A DNA stretch of 32,000 bases from Aeropyrum pernix K1 (GCF_000011125.1 NC_000854.2:1140001-1172000), one strand, 5' to 3'. Positions 16,264 to 26,530 are shown, counted from the stretch's first letter. Made by a program: numbers and translations. The notes: generated by a model not told the origin, from the letters alone.

Positions 16264-18243
16264 ATGCCAGGTCCTAAGAAGCCCGTTACCCCTGAGGACA
16301 TTATTCGGCTCACGTTTGTCTCAAACCCTAGTGTAAGTCCTGAGGGCGACAAGGTCGCCTATTTAGCTACTAAGGCTGACGAGAAAGAGAACACCTACCG
16401 GTCGGGTATATGGCTAGCGGAGGAGGACTCTTACAGGCCGCTTACAGGGGGGCCTTACGATAGGTGTCCCGCGTGGAGCCCGGACGGCGAAATCATAGCG
16501 TTTTCCCGGACCGTCAATTCTAATCAGCGTAAAAGACACTATATCGCTATCGTGAGCCCGAAGGGCGGAGAACCCCAGGTCCTCCACGAATCAGTATCTC
16601 CAGCTACTAGCATCAAGTGGTCGAGTCAAGGTAGCATGATAGGCTATCTATCTAGGAAGCCTACTGGGAGGGAGTGGAAGCCCTATAGTGAGAGGGATGT
16701 GCTGGAGATCGACCGCATACCCGTATGGTTTGATAGCGAGGGGTGGGTGTTCGACAGGTACTGGGGCTTAACCGTTATCTCGTACCCGGGTGGTGAGGTC
16801 CTGCTGGAGAAGGGAGGTGTTAACTATAATATAGTGGACTTTGACTTCGCTCCCGACGATAACACCATAGTCTACGCAGTTTCTACTGACATGAAAAAAC
16901 CCTTCATACACAAGCTAGTACTATGGGATCTGGCAAGCGGTAGGGAGAAGACGCTTATAGAGGGTCTAACCATAGCGGCTGTCGCCTTCGACCCGAGAGG
17001 GAGGTACATAGCAGTCAAAGCCAACGACAGGAAGAGGGGCCTCTTTTCACACTACAAGATCTTCGTCTATGACCTCAACTCTGAGGAGTTCGTTTGCCTG
17101 ACTTGCGATCTAGACCTTAACACGCTGAACACTGTAAACAGCGACGCCCGTGGTCCGAGCTGTCTGAGAGGCATGTACTGGGATGATAACGGCCACCTCT
17201 ATTACGGAGTCCATAACGCAGGGCGGATGGTGGTTATGAAGAGCAGGCCGCTGGGGGAGGCGGAGGCTGTGCTGGATCCATCTTCAGCCACTGTGGATGA
17301 TTTCAGCATATCCAGGGGCGGCGATACTATAGCCTACGTGAAAATGGGGCCGACGAGCCCTCCCGACATATACATCTACCGAGACGACAATGAGTACAGG
17401 CTCACCGACCATAACGCATGGTTCGCAGAGTCCAGGAGTCTCGCCGAGCCGGTGAGGCTTCAGGTGCAAAGCCCGCTAGGGGGTAGTATAGACGCCTGGA
17501 TTCTACTCCCCCCCGATGCAGGTGAATGCAGCGGATGCTTGCCTTGGATTCTCTATATACATGGGGGGCCTAAGACGAGCTACGGCTACGCCTTCATACA
17601 CGAGTTCCAAATGCTAGCCTCTCAGGGCTTTGCGGTGATTTACTCGAACCCCAGGGGGAGTGACGGTTACAGCGAGGAGTTCGCCGATCTAAGGGGTAGA
17701 TACGGTGTTGACGATTACTCTGAGCTTATGAAGGTTGTTGACGAGGCCCTCTCGGACTTCCCACAGCTTGACCCGCAGAGGGGTGGTGTAACGGGGGGGA
17801 GCTACGGGGGCTACATGACCAACGTTATAGTAACCAAAACTAGAAGGTTCAAGGCGGCCGTCACACAGAGGAGCTGCAGCAACTGGATAAGCTTCTATGG
17901 CGAGAGCGACATAGGATGGTATTTCGCCCCGGAACTTATCTCCGCGCAAGAACCATGGAGAGACCTCGAGAAATACGTTGACTTTAGCCCGCTCTTCTCT
18001 GTTGAGAATATTGAGACACCACTGCTTATAATACACTCCACAGAGGACTTTAGATGCCCCCTCAGCGGTGCTATTCAACTCTTCACCGCTCTAAAGCTGA
18101 AGGGTGTGGAGACCAGGCTTCTAGTGTTTCCAGGTGAGAACCATAACCTCTCCCGAAGCGGAACTCCTAAGAGGCGGGTGGCAAGGCTTAGGGCGATAGC
18201 CTCCTGGTTCAAGGAACACCTAGGCAGCCAGCAGAGAGGCTGA
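16264..18243 (+). CDS. S9 family prolyl oligopeptidase / acylaminoacyl-peptidase-like
   Basis: Beta-propeller-like N-terminal region and C-terminal alpha/beta hydrolase with GGSYGGYMT nucleophile, STEDFRCP and FPGENHNLS catalytic-triad motifs. Confidence 0.9.
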   Translation: MPGPKKPVTPEDIIRLTFVSNPSVSPEGDKVAYLATKADEKENTYRSGIWLAEEDSYRPLTGGPYDRCPAWSPDGEIIAFSRTVNSNQRKRHYIAIVSPKGGEPQVLHESVSPATSIKWSSQGSMIGYLSRKPTGREWKPYSERDVLEIDRIPVWFDSEGWVFDRYWGLTVISYPGGEVLLEKGGVNYNIVDFDFAPDDNTIVYAVSTDMKKPFIHKLVLWDLASGREKTLIEGLTIAAVAFDPRGRYIAVKANDRKRGLFSHYKIFVYDLNSEEFVCLTCDLDLNTLNTVNSDARGPSCLRGMYWDDNGHLYYGVHNAGRMVVMKSRPLGEAEAVLDPSSATVDDFSISRGGDTIAYVKMGPTSPPDIYIYRDDNEYRLTDHNAWFAESRSLAEPVRLQVQSPLGGSIDAWILLPPDAGECSGCLPWILYIHGGPKTSYGYAFIHEFQMLASQGFAVIYSNPRGSDGYSEEFADLRGRYGVDDYSELMKVVDEALSDFPQLDPQRGGVTGGSYGGYMTNVIVTKTRRFKAAVTQRSCSNWISFYGESDIGWYFAPELISAQEPWRDLEKYVDFSPLFSVENIETPLLIIHSTEDFRCPLSGAIQLFTALKLKGVETRLLVFPGENHNLSRSGTPKRRVARLRAIASWFKEHLGSQQRG

Positions 18244-18300
18244 ACCACCGTCAAGCAGCTCTTATCTAATATAGGTTTCGATAATAAACCGTACAGTAGG

Positions 18301-18597
18301 GTGTACAGCGTAGTGTCGATAGAGCCGCAGAAGCCTAACACCATCCTTGTGGGCAGGAAACCTACTATAAACTATGTGATGGCGGCCCTGAAGCTTTTAA
18401 ACGAGGAGGGTGCTCCCGAGGTAGTGATAAAAGCTAGAGGGAGGAACATCTGTAACGCTGTTGACACGGTTGAGATGCTCAAAAACTTATTCATAAAAAA
18501 CCTTGTGATAAAGAAGGTCAACATCTACAGTGAAAGCCTAGACAGCGAGGGGAAGAAGAAGGTTTCTGCTATTGAAATTGTAGTTGCTAAAGGCTAG
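18301..18597 (+). CDS. alba: DNA/RNA-binding protein Alba (paralog B)
   Basis: [45 protein letters not shown]. Confidence 0.93.
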
Positions 18598-18657
18598 GGT
18601 TTTTCCGCGAAGAACACCACATGTAGCTCCGCTACCGCCCCCGCATGAGCCACAGAC

Positions 18658-19626
18658 GTGCTTGACCTGGAGTGGACGGCTCTGGGGTGGCTGTTGTTGG
18701 AGGGGCCAGAGCAGTGGGTTATAGTGGGGGGGTGGGGCTCCGCGTCGGCAGAGTTCTCGGAGGGGCTCTCCAGGAATATGGGGCTAAAACTCGTCAAACC
18801 TGTGTTCAAACTGTTTCCCGACGAAGAGGAGTATGTCAGGATAGAAGGAGATATCAGTGGTTTTACGGGGGCCATTGTTGTGCAGTCTTTCGAGAGGCCC
18901 GCCTCCAGAAGCCTAGTCTACTCGCTCCTTATAGCAGATGCTCTCAAGGAGGCTGGAGTAGGTAGGATAGTGCTTATGGCTCCTTACATGGGGTACACAA
19001 GGCAGGACCGTGTTTTCCTGCCTGGCGAGCCCGTTAGTGTTAGAGCAGTCATGAGGGCCCTTGCTTCGTCGGGGTACAATGCTCTGGCTTCTATAGAAGT
19101 CCATAAGGAGTACGTTCTAGACTACTTTGACGGCAGCACACTCAACATATTCCCCTTCACCTACATGCTTAAGGAGACGGGTATTTCATGCGGGGACAAT
19201 ACCATTATTGTCGCCCCGGATAAAGGCTCTCTCCCCCGTGTTGAGAGGCTCGCCCGGGAGACAGGGTGTAGGAGCTACGGATACCTTGTTAAGGAAAGGG
19301 ACAGGATTACTGGGGAGGTACGGCTAGCGAAGTCTACTGTCGATCCCCGTGGCAAGAACGCTATAGTGGTGGACGATATAATAAGTACCGGGGGGACCAT
19401 AGCCCTTGCATCCCAGTGGCTTCTCGAGAACGGCGCAAACAGTGTTTTCGTGCTTGCAGCACACTATCTAGGCATTGGCAACGCCGAGGAAAAAATGATG
19501 AAAGCTGGAGTATCGAGAGTGGTCACCGGGAACACCCTACCCCGTAAGCCCTCGAAAATAGTTACGTATGTAGATCTAACGGGCCTTGCAGCAGGCCAGC
19601 TGACAAAGCTGGTGTCAAACCTTTGA
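18658..19626 (+). CDS. prs: Ribose-phosphate pyrophosphokinase
   Basis: LMAPYMGYTRQDRVFLPGEPVS, VVAPDKGSLPRVERLA-type segment, and PRPP loop IVVDDIISTGGTI. Confidence 0.9.
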   Translation: MLDLEWTALGWLLLEGPEQWVIVGGWGSASAEFSEGLSRNMGLKLVKPVFKLFPDEEEYVRIEGDISGFTGAIVVQSFERPASRSLVYSLLIADALKEAGVGRIVLMAPYMGYTRQDRVFLPGEPVSVRAVMRALASSGYNALASIEVHKEYVLDYFDGSTLNIFPFTYMLKETGISCGDNTIIVAPDKGSLPRVERLARETGCRSYGYLVKERDRITGEVRLAKSTVDPRGKNAIVVDDIISTGGTIALASQWLLENGANSVFVLAAHYLGIGNAEEKMMKAGVSRVVTGNTLPRKPSKIVTYVDLTGLAAGQLTKLVSNL

Positions 19627-20678
19627 TGGAAAGGTTCTACGCAATTCTAAGCGGCGAGTCACCCACACTCTCTCTCGAAGAGTTAAAGGCTATTCTAGAC
19701 GTCGAGTCGAGGCTCTATAAGGTTGAAGGCTTTTTGGACGGCCTCGCCATTTTCCACGCCGAGATAGACGATCCCATGTTGATAACGTCGAGAGCTGCTT
19801 TCATAAAAGAGGTCGGCCTCCCATTAGGCCTCTATAGATCATCGGATACCTGCGCTAGCAAGGTAGTGTATGATACCCTGACCTTCCTCGAAGCCTCAGT
19901 ACTCGACGGGGATAAGGAGTTCTGGATCGATGTAGAAACGAGAGGCCCCTACAGACACTCCCTAGATCTAGCTGGACTTCGATCGAGGATAGCCTCTGAG
20001 GCCGGCAAGAAAGGGTTCAAACTTTCAAAGAGGCGGGCAGCACTAAACCTGCGCATCTTCGCAACCGAAGGAGCTATGATGCTTGGAGTCACGCTCTCAA
20101 GGCTAGAAGGTAGGAGCTTCATAGAGAGAAGCCCTGGTAGGCGGCCTTTCTTCAAGCCTGGACCACTCTCTCCGAGGCTTTCAAGGGCTTTCGTAAATCT
20201 ATCGCGACTCCAAAGAGGGGGCAGCTTTGCAGACCCCTTCTGCGGCACGGGAGGCTTCGCTATAGAGGCCTGCCTGCTGGGCGCGTCGAGGATAGCCTGT
20301 GGTGATCTTGACTGGGCAATGGTTAGGGGCGGCCCCCTAAACCTATCTCGATATTGCCCCCCGGGGATTTGGTTCTATTCCGCTTGGAACGCGGCAAAGC
20401 TACCCCTCTCCAGCAATAGCGTCGACTCCATAGCCACAGACCCTCCATATGGAAGGTCCACAACAACCGGTAGAATGGGGTATCTAAGCCTCACGAGAGC
20501 TTTTCTTAACACTGCTGTTGAGGTCCTCAGAAGTGAGGGCTGGATCGTATATGCCGGTCCCACCAGAATGTCGCCCGAGACGCTGGCGGAGGATGCTGGC
20601 CTAAGAGTCGTTAAGGTGATAGAGATGTTTGTCCACGGTAGTCTGACGAGGAGCATAGTGGTGGCCAGGTTTGGGTAG
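19623..20678 (+). CDS. THUMP-associated tRNA guanine-N2 methyltransferase (Trm11/Trm-G10 type)
   Basis: FADPFCGTGGFAIEACLLGASRIACGDLD and SIATDPPYGRST (DPPY motif). Confidence 0.85.
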   Translation: MMERFYAILSGESPTLSLEELKAILDVESRLYKVEGFLDGLAIFHAEIDDPMLITSRAAFIKEVGLPLGLYRSSDTCASKVVYDTLTFLEASVLDGDKEFWIDVETRGPYRHSLDLAGLRSRIASEAGKKGFKLSKRRAALNLRIFATEGAMMLGVTLSRLEGRSFIERSPGRRPFFKPGPLSPRLSRAFVNLSRLQRGGSFADPFCGTGGFAIEACLLGASRIACGDLDWAMVRGGPLNLSRYCPPGIWFYSAWNAAKLPLSSNSVDSIATDPPYGRSTTTGRMGYLSLTRAFLNTAVEVLRSEGWIVYAGPTRMSPETLAEDAGLRVVKVIEMFVHGSLTRSIVVARFG

Positions 20679-21603
20679 AATAGACATTACCATATTAGGT
20701 AGTGGTAGCGCCGTTCCCTCGCTGCACCGCTGGCACCCCTCGATACTTGTTAAAGATTGGATGGGCAATACCGTGTTGTTGGATGCAGGGGAAGGAGTTC
20801 AGATAAGGCTCAGAAAGGTGGGAGTAAGCCCCTCGAGCATAGACGTCCTGGCTATAACGCACCCCCACGGCGACCATATAAACGGCGTAGCAGGGCTTCT
20901 CATGACCATGTCTCTCCAATCTAGGAGAAAGCCGTTGACTATAATCTCGACCTCCGAATCACTGGAGTTCATAAGCGAGACGCTAGAGGCCACCCGAGAG
21001 AATCTAGGTTTCGAGGTGATGCTCGTGGATGCGAGGGAGAGTGGGGTATTGGATGTGGGCCGCCCCTCTGGAGACCGCCTCACTATAGAGTGGGAGAGAG
21101 CATGCCACAACATAGAATCCCTAGCATTCAAGCTAGTATGGACACTCAGGCCACGTATAGACGCCAGGATCCTTGAGAGGTTAGACCTCAAGGCGGGGCC
21201 TTGGATAAGGGAGCTCATAGAGAAGGGGCGGGCGCATGTAGAGGGTAGAATTGTCACCCTTAAAGACATCTCAGCCTCAGGGGAGAGGAAATACTCTGTA
21301 GCATACACCGGAGACACGTCTCCCTGCACTAGAGTAGCTAAGTTTCTCCACGGCTCGGATATACTGATACACGACTCAACTTTAGACTCCAGCTTAGCTA
21401 GAGAAGCTGCCGAGAGGGGGCACTCGACATCGCTGGATGCGGCCAGAAACGCTCTCACTTCTGGGGCAAAGCTGCTCATACTCTTCCACGTAAGCAGCAG
21501 GTACAGCGGGTACGAGGCCAGGTTGCTGTTGAAAGAGGCGAGAAGAGTGTTCCCCAACACGGTGCTCTCATGGGATGGAATGAAGCTCTCGATAACAATC
21601 TAG
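20671..21603 (+). CDS. rnz: Ribonuclease Z (tRNA 3' endonuclease)
   Basis: ITILGSGSAVPS, LLDAGEGVQIRL, ITHPHGDHINGVAGLL, YTGDTSPC and ILFHVSSRYSG. TTG start inside the end of the upstream gene. Confidence 0.9.
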   Translation: MGRIDITILGSGSAVPSLHRWHPSILVKDWMGNTVLLDAGEGVQIRLRKVGVSPSSIDVLAITHPHGDHINGVAGLLMTMSLQSRRKPLTIISTSESLEFISETLEATRENLGFEVMLVDARESGVLDVGRPSGDRLTIEWERACHNIESLAFKLVWTLRPRIDARILERLDLKAGPWIRELIEKGRAHVEGRIVTLKDISASGERKYSVAYTGDTSPCTRVAKFLHGSDILIHDSTLDSSLAREAAERGHSTSLDAARNALTSGAKLLILFHVSSRYSGYEARLLLKEARRVFPNTVLSWDGMKLSITI

Positions 21604-21619
21604 AGAATGGCGGACGGCA

Positions 21620-21734
<115 letters not shown>

Positions 21735-21796
21735 TGGCCGTCTATCGTGTTCTATACAACTAGGGGGTAAAAAGTTTGAAACGTAGCTGACGGGCT

Positions 21797-22204
21797 CTAC
21801 TCAAGCTCGCCCACTTCCTCCTTGTAACGCTTTAGCACCTCGGTTATGCTTGAAGCCGTTATTATTCCCACTAGCTTTCCCTCCTGGTCTACAACAGGTA
21901 AATGCCTAACCCTATGCTCTATCATTAGAGCTAGAGCCTTTGTGAGGGATTCGTTGTCCCTGACCGCCACAGGGTTCCTCGTCATATACTCCTCTACAGG
22001 GGCGTCTAAGTCACCGCCTGTGGCGACAACCCTCACTACATCACGCTCGGTAAAAATTCCTATAGGCCTGTTGTCCTGGTCTACAACCACAGCTGCACTC
22101 TTACCTTGCGTATACATCATTTTCACAACTTCTCTTACGGGAGTTTGGGGTGCTGCTGTGAGGGGCTTGACTGCCGCATCGATAGACTTATAAGCCGAGT
22201 ACAA
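21797..22204 (-). CDS. Tandem CBS-domain protein
   Basis: Two CBS repeats: PVREVVKMMYTQGKSAAVVVDQDNRPIGIFTERDVVR and NESLTKALALMIEHRVRHLPVVDQEGKLVGIITASSI. Confidence 0.93.
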   Translation of the reverse strand: MYSAYKSIDAAVKPLTAAPQTPVREVVKMMYTQGKSAAVVVDQDNRPIGIFTERDVVRVVATGGDLDAPVEEYMTRNPVAVRDNESLTKALALMIEHRVRHLPVVDQEGKLVGIITASSITEVLKRYKEEVGELE

Positions 22205-22320
22205 TGTTGGACACCACCAACTTAATATTAAAGCCGTGAAATATATTTCCCAAATATTTATAGGTATGTTGGCATTACCCCAACCAGGTTAAATACGGTC
22301 TATACGGTTCGGACTGTGCT

Positions 22321-23478
22321 ATGCACGCTAAAATCGTGGAAAAGGCTATTCTGAGAGTGGTGTTAGAAATAGGCCTTCCACCTCTGCACGTGGGCTTTAT
22401 AATGGCTTACTCGCTTCTCGCTGCATCTCTAAGCATATTTCTAGGCTTAGCCCTAGCTGAGTTTGACGTTGTAGCCCATGCAGTGCTCGCAGGATACTAC
22501 GCTGGCTTATTCTTCCCCATGTCCGTGTACACTAACTTCTTCACCGCAGCGGCGTCGGGCGCACCGCGGCCTGCAAAAGAGTATCTACCTCTTCTCCTAG
22601 CCTTCATCCTAGCTGCTGTAGCACCTCTGCACGGCTCCACCTCCACACTGGCAACACTGTTCCTGCTCTCACAAGCGTTTCTCCTATATTATATGGCGCT
22701 TCAAGCGGGGAGATTTCGGAGAGACGCTCTGGCCAGGTTTTCTGCTTTGGCTCCCCCAATCTCTGGTACCGGAGCGTCACTAATTCTCCTATCGTCCAGC
22801 CAGCTGGGGTTCCTAGACGCCCTCATGTCTCTTACACTCGCGTTCTCCACGCCTGTACCCCTCTTGATGGCGCCTATGGCAATTGGAGCATCGATCTACG
22901 GTCTAGGGCCTGCGCGGGGTAAGGAGGCTATCATAAGGCTATCTCCAGCCCTCACTGCGATCCCCGCCTCAATACTCTCAGTGCTAACCCTCTCTATCAA
23001 CCCCTACCTATTGCCCCTATCACTATACCTGGTTGTCATGAGACCCTGGAGGATCGTTTCTGAGCTTATCTCGGTGCGTAGACCTAAACCGCCGCAACTC
23101 TACTTGCTCTCCGTGCACGCAGCCACGCTTGCAGCCATAGTCTCATCCCTCATTCTAGCTAGTAACAGCAACATCGTAGAAGCAGGCCATGCCATAATGA
23201 TAGGTGTTATAGCGCCGCACGCACTTCTACACTCCATAGTTCGAGGGGGAGAAATACCTTTCACCAGGAGGCCGAGGTCATGGACTCCTATACCCCCTCT
23301 ACTGCTGGCAGCATCAACCCCCCTCAGATTCGCCAGTAAAGAAGCCTCATTAGCCCTGGCTCTCCTAGCTCTCTCGATACATGTTGCATCGATCCTAGAC
23401 CCGCACCCCAGGAACATAATTCCAAGAGCTTTCAGGGTTGAAGGAGGTAAACAACAATCCGCCACCACGGGAGGTTGA
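22321..23478 (+). CDS. Hypothetical polytopic membrane protein
   Basis: 385-aa ORF with many hydrophobic segments. TATA-like aatatttataggt about 65 nt upstream. No family recognised. Confidence 0.7.
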   Translation: MHAKIVEKAILRVVLEIGLPPLHVGFIMAYSLLAASLSIFLGLALAEFDVVAHAVLAGYYAGLFFPMSVYTNFFTAAASGAPRPAKEYLPLLLAFILAAVAPLHGSTSTLATLFLLSQAFLLYYMALQAGRFRRDALARFSALAPPISGTGASLILLSSSQLGFLDALMSLTLAFSTPVPLLMAPMAIGASIYGLGPARGKEAIIRLSPALTAIPASILSVLTLSINPYLLPLSLYLVVMRPWRIVSELISVRRPKPPQLYLLSVHAATLAAIVSSLILASNSNIVEAGHAIMIGVIAPHALLHSIVRGGEIPFTRRPRSWTPIPPLLLAASTPLRFASKEASLALALLALSIHVASILDPHPRNIIPRAFRVEGGKQQSATTGG

Positions 23479-23491
23479 AACCCTGTAATGT

Positions 23492-23580
23492 TGGCGCCGG
23501 GGGCGGGATTCGAACCCGCGCGCCCCTCGCGGGGCAACGGGTCTCCAGCCCGTCCCCTTGGACCGCTCGGGCACCCCGGC
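23492..23580 (-). tRNA. tRNA-Ser(GGA)
   Basis: Acceptor GCCGGGG/CCCCGGC, anticodon stem ACGGG-CTGGAGA-CCCGT (anticodon GGA), long variable arm, T arm GCGGG-TTCGAAT-CCCGC, encoded CCA. Confidence 0.95.
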
Positions 23581-23607
23581 ACCTATGCAATACACGTGCT
23601 ATGGCCG

Positions 23608-23616
23608 TTATAAAGA
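23608..23616 (-). promoter_or_regulatory. TATA-like box of the tRNA-Ser gene
   Basis: tctttataa on the minus strand about 30 nt upstream of the tRNA 5' end. Confidence 0.5.
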
Positions 23617-23786
23617 TCTACACTGTGAGAGGGTAAAACCGTTAGAAGCTGGAGCCCCCAGGAGCTGGGCGTGGTGAAAGACCAGGTTCGGAAGGTTGCG
23701 TATAGTAAATGTATAGGTAAGTGTTAAGGCGGAGGCGCTTTAGTAGAGCGGGAGCTGGCCTGGCATGTTATCAGTGTCTTCTCTAT

Positions 23787-24101
23787 TCATCCGGTCATCT
23801 GCTTTATCTCTATGTAGACGTCTTCAGGCACTTTGATCCGCATTAGATGCCTTAGAACCCTCTCGTCCGCTTCTAGGTCTATAAGCCTTTTGTGAACCTT
23901 CATCTCCCAGTGCTCCCAGTATTTACTGCCTTCCCCATGGGGTAGCCTGAACACGGGGACCTCAAGCCTCTTAACCGGCAATGGTACTGGGCCTCTCATT
24001 CTTATCCCAGTTTTATTGGCTATATTCCTTATCTGCTCAACAACGTTTTCTAGGCTCCTGACGTTAGTGCTCCACAACCATATCCTTAGTTTGAACGCCA
24101 T
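23787..24101 (-). CDS. rps10: Ribosomal protein S10 (uS10)
   Basis: [21 protein letters not shown]...[53 protein letters not shown]. Confidence 0.95.
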
Positions 24102-24433
24102 TACCCGGAAACACCCTCACTCTAATGAGATTAGCGAATGGCTATAAATCTCCCGAGCTGCGTACGAGTGCCCGGCACATCTAGAAAACCTTAATCCTTC
24201 TAGGTGCTTAAGCCACCTTTTCTAACCAGCGGAACTGTAACGAAGGGAAAGCCCGGAACCCAGGAAAGTGTAGGGCCCCGTGTCTCATCTAAGTCAAACA
24301 TCATCTCTAGACTTGCAGAATACTTCGGCTAGAGTGGTGAGCCTAAAAACAGGGAAAGCCCGGGTTTAATCCGGGGTTTAAGGAGGATAGTATTGTTTAG
24401 GGTTTGAGGTTATGTTATGGTAAAACCGGTTTG

Positions 24434-25747
24434 CTACTTGGCCTTTATGTCTACCTTAGCGGGCTTTACGTCAGTCACGATTCCTATGCCCACAGTCCTG
24501 TTCATGTCCCTCATGGCGAACCTCCCTAGCTGGGGTATCTCGCTGAACTTCTCTACGACAAGCGGCTTCACTGGCTTGAACCTTACTATGGCTGCGTCAC
24601 CTGCCTTGAGGAACTGTGGGTTCTGCTCCACCACCTGGCCGGTCTTCGGGTCGAGCTTAGCCTTGATCTCTATTATCCTAGAGCTGACGCTGGCTGTGTG
24701 GACGTGTATCACAGGCGTGTAGCCCACCGTTATTGCGCTTGGATGCCATATCACGAATATCCTGGCCTCGAACTCCTCCGCCACAGTCGGCGGCTTGTCT
24801 AGGTGTCCGGCTACGTCGCCCCTCTTTATGTCGCTCTTGCTCACACCCCTAACGGCAAAGCCTATGTTGTCACCCGGCTCGGCCTGCTGCAGCTGCTGGT
24901 AGTGCATCTCTATGCTCCTAACCTCTCCCACTACGCCCGGCGGCATGAAGACAACCTTGTCTCCAACCCTTAGAACGCCCGTCTCAACTCTGCCTACCGG
25001 AACTGTACCAGCCCCGGGGATACTGTAGACGTTCTGAACAGGTATCCTGAGGGGCTTGTCGACAGGCTTTGCTGGAGGCTGCAGCTGGTCCAACGCCTCT
25101 ACTAGAGTCGGCCCGTTATACCAAGGCATGTTGGGGCTCCTCTCTATCAGGTTGTCGCCTTTCCAGGCGCTCACCGGTATGAACGGTATCTTATCGACCT
25201 GGTAACCTAGGCCTTTCATGAACTTCTTGAGAACGGACACTACGAATTCGTACCTCTTCTGGTCGTAGTTCACGTCAGGCGCGTCCATCTTGTTAACAGC
25301 AACTATTATCTGCTCTATACCCATGGTCCTGGCGAGGAGTAGGTGCTCTCTCGTCTGGCCCTCAGTGCTCATTCCAGCCTCGAACTCACCCTTCCTTGCG
25401 CTGACCACAAGTATAGCGGCGTCTGCCTGACTGGCGCCCGTTATCATGTTCTTCACGAAGTCTCTGTGGCCCGGGGCGTCGATTATTGTGAATACGTACT
25501 TCTTAGTCTCGAACTTCATAAACGTCAGGTCGATTGTTATACCCCTCTCACGCTCCTCCTTCATCTTGTCCAGTATCCACGCGAACTTGAAGGACTCCTT
25601 GCCCCTAGACTTAGCCTGCTCCTCAAGCTCTTTCAGCTTCTTCTCCTCTATATAGCCGAGCCTGTAGAGCAGGTGGCCTACCAGTGTACTCTTACCGTGG
25701 TCTACGTGACCTATTACCACTAGGTTCATATGCGGCTTCTCAGCCAT
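24434..25747 (-). CDS. tuf: Translation elongation factor 1-alpha (aEF1A)
   Basis: GHVDHGKSTLVGHLLYRLG, DAPGHRDFVKNMITGASQADAA and VAVNKMD. Confidence 0.98.
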   Translation of the reverse strand: MAEKPHMNLVVIGHVDHGKSTLVGHLLYRLGYIEEKKLKELEEQAKSRGKESFKFAWILDKMKEERERGITIDLTFMKFETKKYVFTIIDAPGHRDFVKNMITGASQADAAILVVSARKGEFEAGMSTEGQTREHLLLARTMGIEQIIVAVNKMDAPDVNYDQKRYEFVVSVLKKFMKGLGYQVDKIPFIPVSAWKGDNLIERSPNMPWYNGPTLVEALDQLQPPAKPVDKPLRIPVQNVYSIPGAGTVPVGRVETGVLRVGDKVVFMPPGVVGEVRSIEMHYQQLQQAEPGDNIGFAVRGVSKSDIKRGDVAGHLDKPPTVAEEFEARIFVIWHPSAITVGYTPVIHVHTASVSSRIIEIKAKLDPKTGQVVEQNPQFLKAGDAAIVRFKPVKPLVVEKFSEIPQLGRFAMRDMNRTVGIGIVTDVKPAKVDIKAK

Positions 25748-25820
25748 GCCATACCACCTTTTTTAGAGACACCGTAAGGATAAGGGAGAGAGTAAGGCTT
25801 AAAAAGAAATTGGCCCAGCC

Positions 25821-26438
25821 TCACCTCGAGCTCAGAGCAATCCTCTCAATCTCCTCCTTCTGCCTTATGGCATAGCTCCTCGGGTCTCCCCTAGCAGCGA
25901 GAATGAGCTCCTCTGCCAGGCACTCCTCTATTGGCTTCGGGTTGTTGAATGCACACTGTCTAGCACCATCGGCTATGAACTTCAGAGCCTGGTCGACCCT
26001 CCTCTGGGGCGCTACATCAACAGACACTCTGTAGGTTATACCACCGTATGTTATTTTCGTGGTGTCTTCCCTAGGAGCACTGTTCTCTATAGCCTTAACA
26101 AGAACCTGTATAGGGTTCTCCCCAGTTTCGAAATATATGATGTCGAATGCTGTCTTAACAATATTGTAGGCTAGATGCTTCTTCCCCCCGTTCCTCCCGG
26201 GCCTCATAAGCTTGTTCATAAGCCTCTCAACTATAGGGACCTCAGCCTTACCGAACCTCCTCTTCTCATGCCTCCCGCCTGTGTGGGGCAGCCAGACAGG
26301 CTTCAGGTTGATATACCTCTTAAGACTCGGATCTCTAACCTCAACACCAACCCAGCTCCACTTCCCGAAGAGACGTATCTTATCCGGCCTTACCTCAACA
26401 CCTTCTCCCAGGCTAAAGCCGGTACCCTGACCCGACAA
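25821..26438 (-). CDS. rps7: Ribosomal protein S7 (uS7)
   Basis: [40 protein letters not shown] and [26 protein letters not shown]. Confidence 0.97.
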   Translation of the reverse strand: MSGQGTGFSLGEGVEVRPDKIRLFGKWSWVGVEVRDPSLKRYINLKPVWLPHTGGRHEKRRFGKAEVPIVERLMNKLMRPGRNGGKKHLAYNIVKTAFDIIYFETGENPIQVLVKAIENSAPREDTTKITYGGITYRVSVDVAPQRRVDQALKFIADGARQCAFNNPKPIEECLAEELILAARGDPRSYAIRQKEEIERIALSSR

Positions 26439-26530
26439 ACCCTTGCAACCCCCGGAGAGTCGGGTTAACCTCCTAAACTCTTATACTTCTCGCTGCCCAA
26501 CTTAGACCATGGCGAGAGAGGGTAGAAGGC

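Noticed and set aside
20799-21560. 253-aa minus-strand ORF opposite RNase Z
   Set aside because: Antisense of a well-supported gene and low-complexity Ser/Leu-rich. Judged a GC-driven artefact.
23100-23582. ORFs spanning the 3' end of the membrane-protein gene and tRNA-Ser
   Set aside because: They read through a complete tRNA gene, so they are spurious.
24241-24345. RNase P RNA candidate in the EF1A-rps10 spacer
   Set aside because: Only partial resemblance to two conserved regions, about 80 nt apart instead of several hundred, and the P4 complementarity is imperfect. Kept only as an unassigned structured region.
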